From Balanoglossus misakiensis (taxonomy: Eukaryota; Animalia; Hemichordata), in contig CM082596.2 of NCBI GenBank assembly GCA_040954595.2, positions 4,395,025-4,459,024 of the forward strand: a DNA stretch of 64,000 bases, in the 5' to 3' direction. Both the position numbers and the translations under genes were made by a program. The notes under the pieces were generated by a model that worked only from the letters and a program-made list of their open reading frames with translations, made no database searches and was not told the origin of the DNA. Each line of letters begins with the position of its first letter. The first letter of the stretch is position 1. Shown here piece after piece: positions 1-10,922 of the stretch.

Positions 1-52
1 GTCTAAATTGCAACTGCACTACAAACCAACTAGCCCAAGGCATTTTACTTAC

Positions 53-412
53 TCCAGAACATTGCATTCATGGAATATGCTGAAACAAGGTCTAGCTTTG
101 CTCTTTCCAGGGGATCTGTTATCTAGGAGAAATAGGAGACACAGTTTATCATTACATTTGAATAGTCAAATAAATTATTCCTTGTGTACAGTGGTCAGTC
201 ATATGATATACTACACACAAGCCAAGGAATTGGCAAGCGAGACAAGTTACTGACGACTGAAGTACCTTTTCTTGGACGTCGCTCAGTGAAGTATCCAATA
301 ACGGCTTTAGAATTTCGTCTACATCTTGTAAAGACGACTCGAAGGCCTGTAGGACATCTAGTATTTCTGGTGGATAGTCACGTTTCGCATGTCCAGCAGA
401 CGTAGACGCCAT
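53..412 (-). CDS. C1D: Nuclear nucleic acid-binding protein C1D (Rrp47 family), first two exons; gene continues left of the window
   Basis: Exon 412-266 encodes MASTSAGHAKRDYPPEILDVLQAFESSLQDVDEILKPLLDTSLSDVQEK and exon 122-53 encodes ITDPLERAKLDLVSAYSMNAMFW. The GT-AG junctions are in phase and the peptide matches the C1D-type motif DPLExAKxDLVSAYxxNxMFW. Confidence 0.9.
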
Positions 413-1323
413 TTTGGTTTGTTTGTCCGCTACATCCTCTCTCGAGTAATGCTCAAATAAGTTTACCTTTTTAAGTCTGTTTTCTTACGCTGCAAAGAAA
501 AAAAAGTCTTCAATATAGAAACCAGGCATTCATTTGACTTTTTTGCAACAGCTTTGATAAATGGTAGATATGAATAAACTGTCCCTCCAGCTTTGATACC
601 CAACGATCCCAGGAACTTGGGGTAACACCCCCCGTTTCTGACCGGGTCAAAGTTCACTCCAAGTGTAACCCAGTGTTTACAGTGGCTTTCAGTTTTCCCT
701 TGGCCAAAACGCACTGTATTGCATCAATAAGGTAAGTTCGAAGGCCTTAAACGGATTGCACTCGTATCAGATATCTTGATTGTGATAAGTAGTGTACTTA
801 AAATAATGTGCAGACATGTAATAATGTGGTATCGACCGGCGACCCGAGGCCTCAGAGCTCACAGTCGACGCTCTGTTCTGCAGACATTTCAGTGTCAGCA
901 CTGGGGATTGCGTGGTACGATTGACGTGATACTTATTCCTTGACGTTTATTCTCTCTATATATTGTGATATCGTTTTAGTCTAGGGAAGCCTTTGTTCAA
1001 TACTCCATCATCCGACGCACCAGCACTCTGATTTACAATTCAGTCAGGCAATCATAAAATATGACTCATGCATCCTCCCTCGACTCATCACGTAACAGGA
1101 GTGGGTCAAGTGATACTTCTGACCCGAAATTGGTGAGATCGTGACTGCGGCTGGGATGATCCCAGGTCCTGGGTGTGTGATATTTTATTTAGCAAATTAG
1201 CTGAGCCAAATTAGCATTAATACTCTTTGTGCATACATCATGTATAATTAAAAGTGTTATTCTCTCTCAATTACACTTTCAGAAATTACAGTCTGTTACA
1301 AAGTGAGCAAATAGAATATCAAG

Positions 1324-3591
1324 ATGGCAGCCCAGGAGATAAACTTTGACCTGCTACGTACCGAAGAAAGTGATGATGTGGGCCTTGATGATTTCTATGT
1401 TCGTGTGCGGTCTGACACAGGAGAGGATATACAGTCAGAGGTCAAACAGACTGAGTACGCTATGCAGTCTAAACGTGGGCCGACTGAAGAGGTACCCAGT
1501 TGTATTGGCAATCAGTCTTCAGTCGAGGAGTGCGGCACAAGGATGGATACCAGTGCAGGGAATGCTGGCCAAGGAGAGCTGTTTGTGGTGACTTCCTCAT
1601 ACTCTGACCAAGACGCAGGGGTACCTGAAGATTTGAGAACTAAAGTTGCCAAAGACCGCCTGGAAGGGCATGAGGCTGATGGTGATGATGACAAATCGAC
1701 GCAAGAAGAAAATCCGACCAGATGTGACAACAGAAACGAGACTGAAAACCTCCCTTGCAGCTCCAGTACCAAGGGCAACGAAAATCCTAACGTATTTCCG
1801 ATCGCCCTGAAACAAGTCCGTGTCAATATTCACCTTACGAAAGAAATCCAACAGCTTCACAAAACGTACCAACATCAGAGGAAAGAGAGCGAGAAGAAGA
1901 AAGAGGCACACTTGCAGCTACTGCAACTAGCAAAGCGACAGAGTCCCAGGAGACTTTCCGTAAAAGTGCCATGTCCCAAGTGTGGACTTCGTGTTGGAAG
2001 GAACCTCCTGCAAGCACATATGAGGAAACACAAGTCTCTGACCTGCTCAATATGCTCCAAGACATTCTCATCCAACAAGAGTCTGTCAGCTCACCAGAAA
2101 ATTGTCCATTCTTCCGTCAGGCCGTTTGAATGCACGATATGCCAGAAGACTTTCGTGTACAGATCTCGCTTGCAGAGTCACAGGGAGAGTCGTCACGGTG
2201 TGCCAAGAGTATATGAATGCAGGGTGTGTGGAGAAGAGTTGTCGACCAGTCACGCATTGAAAGACCACATGGCCTCACACTCCAGCGATCAGCATATGAG
2301 TGTATCTCCACAGGAGAAAGAGCAAACCAGTCAGAGAAGAGTGAAAAGACTTGCAAGAAGGCAGACTGGACCACAAACACAAAACTGTAAACTTTGCGCA
2401 CAGCAGTTTCCAAATCAATCAAACCTGTTGTCGCACATGTTGGCCGTTCACGGTGACGTCAGCAGTCATCAGTGCAAGTTCTGTGATAAGACCTTTCCAC
2501 TTCTGTCAGAGCTGAAAAGCCATCTCCTGTCGAGTCACACGGGAAAAGACGGCCGGGAGTGCAGCGTGTGCCAGAAGACTTTCAAGAGCGCGGAAACACT
2601 GCGGAGGCACAAAGTGGTGCACCTGGAAGAGCGCCCCACCTTCCCGTGCAGCGAGTGCGACAAGGTTTTCCTGTCACGCGACGGCCGCACCAAACACATG
2701 CTGATCCACATGAACATGAACTTCTCCTGCGACGTCTGCCACGCCACGTTCAAGAAGGAGAGCTACGTGAGAGATCACAAAGCCAGGATGCATGAACCGG
2801 AGGGGGGAGCGCAGAAGTGCGAAGAGTGCGGGCGCGTGTACAAGTCGTACCGTGTCCTGAAACGTCACATGCGGGTCCATCGACAACCCCCACAAGAAGT
2901 CAAGTGCGAGCAGTGCGACAAGACCTTCAAGTATAAGAAGAGCCTGGCTTATCACATGATGTCTCACACCGGCAAGCGGCCATACCAGTGTGAACACTGC
3001 GGCAAGACCTTCAAAGAGATGTACCCCTGCAAGATTCACATCAAGTTCGTGCACAGCGGGGAGGAACTCCCGCACAAGTGCGAGAGATGCGATAAGGGCT
3101 TCCTCAAGAAGAATGTCTTGAAAAATCACATCGAGAGTTGCCACGGCGAGCCCACTATTCTCCTCTGCGGGAAGTGTGGAAAAGGCTTCAAATCGAAGGT
3201 GTCACTGCGCCGACACCAAAGACTGGAAAGTGGACAGTACAGTGTGGAGTGTAAACAGTGCGGGAAGGTTCTCAACGACAAGCGCTCGCTGGCCAAACAC
3301 CTGAAGACCCACAGCACACCCAAGTCATTCGAGTGCTCGTACTGCGGCCAAAGTTTCTCGGACAAGGGTGCCTATGAAGGACATCTGGATTCAGAGCACA
3401 GTGCGGAAGAAGCTGTCGCCTGTAAAGTGTGCGGCCACATCAGCAAGAATAAGAAGGCTCATGACGATCACACTTTTACTGTGCACATGGATGAATTGTA
3501 CCTGTGTGCCATCTGTGGCCAATCCTTTCAGACAAAAAAGACTCGAAGAATCCACATGAAAGTTCATCTGTTTGATTCATTGGGTGTGTGA
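1324..3591 (+). CDS. C2H2 zinc-finger protein, 755 aa, acidic N-terminus plus about 18 fingers, CDS without introns
   Basis: One continuous ORF with 18 CxxC...HxxxH units (finger 14 lacks the last His) and one TGKRPY linker. A probable 5'UTR intron runs from the donor at 732 to the acceptor AG at 1281-1282. AATAAA occurs near 3897. Confidence 0.92.
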   Translation: MAAQEINFDLLRTEESDDVGLDDFYVRVRSDTGEDIQSEVKQTEYAMQSKRGPTEEVPSCIGNQSSVEECGTRMDTSAGNAGQGELFVVTSSYSDQDAGVPEDLRTKVAKDRLEGHEADGDDDKSTQEENPTRCDNRNETENLPCSSSTKGNENPNVFPIALKQVRVNIHLTKEIQQLHKTYQHQRKESEKKKEAHLQLLQLAKRQSPRRLSVKVPCPKCGLRVGRNLLQAHMRKHKSLTCSICSKTFSSNKSLSAHQKIVHSSVRPFECTICQKTFVYRSRLQSHRESRHGVPRVYECRVCGEELSTSHALKDHMASHSSDQHMSVSPQEKEQTSQRRVKRLARRQTGPQTQNCKLCAQQFPNQSNLLSHMLAVHGDVSSHQCKFCDKTFPLLSELKSHLLSSHTGKDGRECSVCQKTFKSAETLRRHKVVHLEERPTFPCSECDKVFLSRDGRTKHMLIHMNMNFSCDVCHATFKKESYVRDHKARMHEPEGGAQKCEECGRVYKSYRVLKRHMRVHRQPPQEVKCEQCDKTFKYKKSLAYHMMSHTGKRPYQCEHCGKTFKEMYPCKIHIKFVHSGEELPHKCERCDKGFLKKNVLKNHIESCHGEPTILLCGKCGKGFKSKVSLRRHQRLESGQYSVECKQCGKVLNDKRSLAKHLKTHSTPKSFECSYCGQSFSDKGAYEGHLDSEHSAEEAVACKVCGHISKNKKAHDDHTFTVHMDELYLCAICGQSFQTKKTRRIHMKVHLFDSLGV

Positions 3592-4181
3592 TCCACCAAA
3601 GACTATGTACTATACTTATAGAAATTTGATCATGAACGAAAATCACAATAATTTCTTCAACTCGGGGTAAATCAACACCTCCCACTTTTGTAGGAATATC
3701 CATATATATTATGAGCAACAAACTCTCTTAGGAAACTTGAGGACACTTTTAAACTGTTAATGCCAGACCTGCATACTTCCTTTATCCCTGCTGTTGTAAT
3801 CTTTCAAGTCCAGAAAAACTACTACTGCTACATGCTACATACTACATACTGTCATGGTACTTCTCAATATGATGATGTTCTGTTCAAAATGTTATAAATA
3901 AATTTTCAATTGGTTGACACCTGCTCTTGTGAAACCGGCTGTTACTTGAATTTACCATGCGTAAAATGTTACAAAATTATGGCAATAATCGGTCCCCCTT
4001 GATGAGAATATGTCCTCCCATACCAGCACAAACCCCACTGCAGTCGCCACGACCTATACTACTGGTAGGCCCAGTCTACGCTACAGTTGTTTGCTTCCCT
4101 TTAAAGAAGAAGAGTTAGGAGAAGCAAACTGCTCTCGTACACTTGTAGTTTTTAAATAGTTCCAAGTTTGGGAAAGTATTG

Positions 4182-4271
4182 AGGCCTGGGAAGTATTAGT
4201 ACTCGAAACCCAATCTGAATCTGACTCAGGCCTGGGAAGTATTAGTACTCGAAACCTAATCCGAATCTGAC
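4182..4271 (+). repeat. Two-copy tandem duplication (46-bp period) just upstream of the NGLY1 ATG
   Basis: AGGCCTGGGAAGTATTAGTACTCGAAACCYAATCYGAATCTGAC at 4182-4225 and again at 4228-4271. Confidence 0.9.
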
Positions 4272-4294
4272 GCCAACTTCGGCGTCGTTTCAAG

Positions 4295-7200
4295 ATGGCG
4301 ACGTCCAATGACAAGTCGGTGGTGAATCAGCTGTTACAGAATGATACACCGGTGTTTCTGGATACGTCGGCAATTCTGCTGAGATTTGCCAGCAACGTCA
4401 TCAGGTAGGACATAACCTAGCAGAAGAGTCGACATGACACGAATCCGTGTACAGTTTGTAGTCTACTCCTGCACCTTGCTGTAGTTCAGTAGCTCGAGGG
4501 TTTGTTTACTTTGGGTGTTGGATGGCAAAACATAAACAAAACTCTGAGCTACGTCCATTCATCTCACAGGCAAAGCTGGTTTTGCGTCGGAGTTAACACA
4601 CAAACCAACACTGCAACAGGCAAAACCCCGAGAAGCTGTGGAAACACACTCAGCTATTGGTGATCGGGTGGGGTATGCACAGCAATACTGATCATAACCC
4701 CGCCACTTCCGGGTTCCCCCCCCCCCCCCCAACGCACACAACCACCTCAAACCATGGAGGTACTACTCTAGTACCTCCATGCTCAAACTTAGTACCTCCA
4801 TGTCATACATTACTCACCGCTGTTACCTGTCTTGTGTTATTTTGTAGGAATCCATCAGTGGCCAAGTATCGATCAATCCGTTTGGGAAATAAGATTGTAC
4901 AATCACAGATTCTCCCAGTGATAGGCGGGATGGAGTGTTTGTTTGCAATGGGATTTCAAGAGGTAGTAGAATAATTATTTTTTCCCATTCATTACACATG
5001 AGTTGACAAGAAATACTGATTGCAATTGAAATATTTAATTTCATTTGACTTACTGTTGAAATAACTGCAGAGTACCAATGCTGAGTACCTGGTATTGCCG
5101 GAAGAAACTCCTCTTGAAAGGATCCGACAAGTGCATGATGAATTGAAGAGTATTAGAGAGAGGAAAATGAGTGAACAGCAAAAGGGTGAAAGGTCACCGT
5201 CGTCTACCGGTACTTCAGCCCAATCAACAGGCTCAGCATCAGATCTTCTTTCAAATCCAGATGGCAGCACGCTTGTAGTAACCGGGGCAACAGGAGCCTC
5301 TGCTGCTCAACAGGTAAAGTGTGTACACTGTAATTGTGTACGTTAATTTAGTACATGTACTTCATCTAGAATTATATTCTTGGAGTGGATACCAAATAGG
5401 GCTGTACCCTTTACTACTGTAAAACAGGTTATTTTCGCTGGCAATAAATTTTCGCGAAATACGCAAGAGGGTAAATTGTTGTTATTAAATCAATGTTGTT
5501 TCTTTATAGGCGAGAGAACCTGAATTCTTTGCAAAAATCAAAAACTATCTGGACCACGTATCAGTGTATGAAGATCAGACTGTGCAGCGAAAAGCTAGAG
5601 AATGTATTCCACTGTCAGAACTGAGTTCAAAAGCTGGTCAAAGAATGGCAAATATTCAACAGAATATAGAGAGTAAGCCTGAAGCTTGTATACATACCAA
5701 TATGTAAATGAGCCATTTTTGACATTTATGGACATATGGAAATAGGTGGTGACAGTGTACGTTTAACTGATAAATTTGATTTAAAAATATTGCAGTTTGT
5801 AGTCAACATACTCACAGATAAGTGGATGGCAGATAACACCAAAAGGCATCGATGTCTTGGGTTCCACATAATAAGGGATGAGCCAGGCTCCCTATAATAC
5901 CATAGGCAGGGTTATGTATCCATGTTTTGCTGTGTTATTGACAGGCACATCCGGGCAAACGCCACCAGACATGCGAGACTGCTTACTACTGGAACTTCTC
6001 CATTGGTTCAAAAGTGAATTTTTCACCTGGACGAATGCGCCCAGGTGTTCAAGGTGCAATGGTGAAACCCGATTCGTGACTATGCTGGCTCCCACGGCCG
6101 ATGAACTTCAGTGGGGTGGAAGTAGAGTGGAGGGGTATAGCTGCAATAATTGTCAACATTCAACAAGATTTCCTAGGTAACTATGTTTCATTCATCACGA
6201 CTGACGATTTGTGCACAAAATGCATTAAACATGCCAATACATACTGATTATTGTATGTTTTCTGTGTTCCACAGATACAACCATCCATCTAAGCTTCTGG
6301 AGACGCGAACAGGAAGATGTGGGGAATGGGCCAACTGTTTTACGCTCTGTTGTAGAGCTGTTGGGTTTGAAGCTAGGCATGTTGTAGACTGGACGGGTAA
6401 GTAATAATCAATCTATTCTCAGTAGGGGTTTGTACAGCCTGCCATTACTGGTGGTCAGTTCAGGGGCCCGTTTTAGCAGTGCTATATTGAGTATTGAGCA
6501 TGATATAATGAAATATTCTTTTTTTGTTTGGTGATATCACAGATCATGTATGGACTGAGGTCTACTCTGAGTCTCAACAAAGATGGCTTCACTGCGATCC
6601 ATGCGAGGATATCTGTGATAAACCATTGATCTATGAAGTTGGATGGGGAAAGAAACTGTCCTATGTGATAGCTACGTCCAGAGATGAGGTAAGAGGGTTT
6701 AATCCTTTCACCCCCATTCCCTGTTTACGTGTAGCATATGTTGAAGTTATGTGAGGTCGTGCAGAGTTCACTAATGGCTAACTCGGATATTGATCTTTGA
6801 CCTACAGATAGCAGATGTCACATGGAGATACACAACCAAACAAAATGAAGTGAAGTCCAGGAGAACTGAATGCAGGGAGGAGTGGTTGGTTGAGACGTTA
6901 GCCAGACTGAACAAGAAGGTGAGTGATTAGTTATATTATGTTTTTTACTCAAAGCAAGATCCAGAAAATTCTTCCCACAAGTCAGCATACTCATTCTTCA
7001 TTTTTACAACACAGGTACAAGCTGCTCTACCCAAGAGTAGGAAAGAAACGTTAGAGATGAGATCATTGATGGAGTGCGTGGAATTTCTCAGCGTCAAAAC
7101 AGTGAAGGATGGAGAGGAACAAGGGAGGTCGTCGGGGTCATTGGCATGGCGACTTGCAAGAGGTGAAACAGGGGGTGTGGAGGTAACTTAGCCAGTGATT

Positions 7201-8140
7201 TAAATGTTTTGTGGAAACTTTAAATATTTTTCCAGAGAATGTTGATATGTTACACAGAAAGTCAACCGTTTCCGACTCTCTTTTCAGCACAAACCAAAGG
7301 TCGTCAGTTTAACAGCACCAGAAGTTAGAAGCAAATGTGTGCATATCAGATACAGCTGTACCACGGATAGTTATCAGAGATTATCCGATAATGCCAGTGA
7401 GGTAAAAGGATGGTCAGCCTTACTTAACGAGTGTGAAAATGTCCAAAGGAAGGAAGAGAATGATTGGAAAATGGTATGTGACAGTAAGAGCAAATGGTTT
7501 AGATGATGTCATTATGTTGAAACTTGCCATCAAAGATATAGTTGAGGAGCCCCAAATTCTTGCCACAAAGGGAACGTAGAAAACTCTATGATCGTTTATA
7601 ACAATATTTGAATATTTTCAGGTATACCTTGCAAGAAGTGAAGGTAGCTCGTCTGCCAAGATCGGCTGGAAGTTTGACTTTGCAGAGAGTGGGATGACAA
7701 TAGACACCATCACCGTGACAGCGAGCAGTAAAACATTTGAAAATGGAGTTGTGGTGTGGAAACTTTGCAGTCCAGACCAGTGTGTATTGTTGGATGGAGG
7801 TAAGATAAGAGGATGTTGGCAGTACCTGGGTAACTGGTTCAACGCTATGTACTGTGTCTGAATACAGCTCAGTACACAGTCACCTCAAATTTACATAGAT
7901 AGCAATGAGGTCATATTTATATAAATTAATTGCCAAATGTGGTTTTTCTTCTCTAATTTCACAGGTGAAACTGCCATGGTGACCAGAGACCTGAGAGGAG
8001 CAAGCGTGGTTACCTTGACAGCAGAAATGAGTGGCGGGAGAGGAGACGTCGCTTGGCAACACACACAGTTATTTCGTCAGAGTATGGATGAACGGGACGT
8101 CTTTCCACTGGATATCAGGATAACACTCAAAGAAAAGTGA
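4295..8140 (+). CDS. NGLY1: Peptide-N(4)-(N-acetyl-beta-glucosaminyl)asparagine amidase (PNGase) with PUB, transglutaminase-like core and PAW domains, 12 exons
   Basis: Exons 4295-4404, 4848-4962, 5071-5313, 5510-5672, 5945-6176, 6275-6396, 6543-6688, 6808-6918, 7015-7182, 7288-7473, 7622-7799, 7965-8140. Motifs: [14 protein letters not shown] (PUB), [12 protein letters not shown], two CxxC Zn pairs, [23 protein letters not shown] (catalytic Cys), DHVWTEVYS and HCDPCE (His/Asp), C-terminal [10 protein letters not shown] (PAW). Confidence 0.97.
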
Positions 8141-10922
8141 AATTACTAAAACTCAATCGCAGCAGTTTAGAAGGTTCACTTCAGTGATCCAAAAATATGG
8201 CAGCCATAAAAATAATTAGGGACATTTCCTTTTTCATGCATAGTAGATATACCAACCTGTGCATTCTCATTAAGCCTATGTGCCTGGCTGCACAACTTGA
8301 ACATTTGTTTCATATTGAAAAAGAATAATGATGGATCAGCATTAACAGAACTGTACATTTTTGCATACATCAGAGATTAAAGAATCCCAATAGAAGCAAA
8401 AGACTTTTGTGTGCTTAAACGTTATTTATAATTAAAATCAATCATTTAAGTAAACTATACTTTGAGCTACAACTTTAAATCTATCTTGATACAAAGAAAC
8501 GAGAGAAAGTCGAGGTGTACGCCTATAGGTGTGTCAAGGTTAAGTTTTGGAATAAACATCACTTGACTTTTATACGAAGATGTGCGTCAAAACAAACCGC
8601 ATAACACAAAGCAAAGGACCAACAAAACATAGCCCCTGGAGCGCTTCAGGGTCTATAAACAAACCACATGTACTCAACTAACTACATGTAACAAACTAGC
8701 CATCCATCCAGTCAGTCACTTCACTGTTCACTTCTGACACTGAGTTTCACACTAAAAAAATGTGATGAAAGAAATTCCCAGTAGACTTCACCTTGTATAA
8801 ATACAAGGTCTGTTGGATTTAGATTAATCCTTTCAATGACAACGCGACTTGTGGCCACACCCTTGTGCCATCTCGGTTTACAAAAGACATCGACCCTGAT
8901 ATCATGACGTTCAAAGAGAAGCATCGAAGCGAAGAGAGAGGTTGACATGCAAATCATTGTGGTGAGCTGAGAATTGGGTTTATGCGACACACCAAGATTG
9001 GGTGAGCCATATTCCTGTGCGTGTTTGCAGACACTGCAGTTTGATTCACAGAGAACAAGGCAGATTGGGGATCGTTTCGAGACTAAAAGGTAAAATGCAC
9101 AGGTTTTGATCATAATTCTGTTGAGAGAGAGTTTTACTGATCATCACTGGCAGTTGTTACAAGTAGGTGAAGGTAGTGTTAAACTTTCGTGTTTACGTGA
9201 ACAACTGCAGTTATTTGTTGCGTCTACTTTGTGCGATACAACAGCTAATATTATACCTTGATATCTCACTAAAAGATGGTGACAAATGTACACTGACCAT
9301 AGAATGTAATCAACTTCTATGTTAAACATGTATCATACGGTCTGTATGGTAACGATACTACATGTGTCGTCCTTCATGTTAAATAATTACAAGTTTCACA
9401 GAGCAAGTCTGGTGGTTACTTGTTCGGCATGAGTCACAAATTCATCAATTTTTTAAATCTCGTAGTTTCAATATTGTACCCTGTTAGTGTGTTGTCATGG
9501 ATAAACTATATTATATATAACAGCAGCCAAAATGTGGCAAACACACTTAAAACTCTCTAAAACTTGTCAAAAATGAGGCGGGGTAACTATCCTTCGGCAT
9601 AAACCCACATGCAGTTTGCACCCACTCCTCGAGACTCTAATAAAGTCCGCCCAATTTCTCAAGACGCGCATGACAACATACGTTCCGTAGCATGGAAACG
9701 GGCGTTGCTTTTGTACTGCGCTGTCTAAAAAAGGTCGTTGACCAATTTCGACCACTTTGAAAGCCACAGACAGGGCAACTGTATGTTGAATTAGGTGTGG
9801 CTTGGCTATATAGCAATTCTTTACAATCAGAGCTGTTCATTTTTACTGTGAATTTCAAAGGTTTGTTGCTATGCTGTGACCCATGACAGGTTATCAAAAC
9901 CGTGGAGGATTTCTCATTCTCCTCAGCGGACAACGGACAAGAATACTGTGTCATGGCTTTCTACTTCATTTTATCATAGACTCCTGACATAGTCTGATGA
10001 AGACAATTATCTAACCATTGGTTTTTAACAACTGTTGGGGTGACTTAGTTTCATATCATCGTGAAACGTCGATTTTACCGTATAGTCCTAGGCATATACA
10101 TACATATAATTTTGAGGAGATAAAACTTCTCTGTAAACGAGACCAAGTAGGTTAGCATACACCCGTTTTACCAGCCTTTGTAGAAGACCACAAATGCCTT
10201 GTAAGTTTATGGGGGCAGTTGAATCTCCTCTAAACGGGTTCCATAAAAATACAAGCTGTTTGTTCATACCACAAGCTACTAAAAGAAGGTGACGTTAAGT
10301 CAACATAAGAAACCACTGTTCTCTATCCACTCAAACACTGAGAGGTGAAAAGTCTTACCTTATGCAAGCAGACATTCTGACTCGAAAACCCACGGGTAAA
10401 TTTGACACCAAATTCACATAATTCAGTCGGGTTGTCTCTAGAGTATGCAAGGAAAGGAAGCTAACAATTATTCATGGTCTTAATTTCTCCCTGGAAATGA
10501 CTGAAAATTTCTTTCCAAGTCGGGATATTTAAATGACCGTCTAAGTTAGGTTAGGGTTGACATAGTGTAATGACATGTTTTCAAAGGATGATCTTTCTTC
10601 AAGTCTACTTGAGTGGGTGAATACAGAACAAGTAGCCACACAATAGCCCCACCCAAAAAATAAAGTCTTACAAATGTACACCTCGACGCAACAAACGTAG
10701 AGGTTATTTGCGCAAGACATCTCCTCTGTAAGACATACCCACCCAAAACGAACTATCTGTCTCTATTGACTCGGGTGTCGGATACAAAAAAAATCAACGG
10801 TTGCTATCAACGACAGTCCTCAATTGAAGCTCACTTCACATCACAGACAACAGAATAAGCAGATCATATCCAACGTTGCCTTTCAGATTTCTGCAACCCC
10901 CTCAGAGGAGCCTAATAACACG

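Noticed and set aside
2674-3144. 156-aa antisense ORF and other short ORFs overlapping the zinc-finger CDS
   Set aside because: Shadow ORFs arising from GC3-rich codon usage on the opposite strand.
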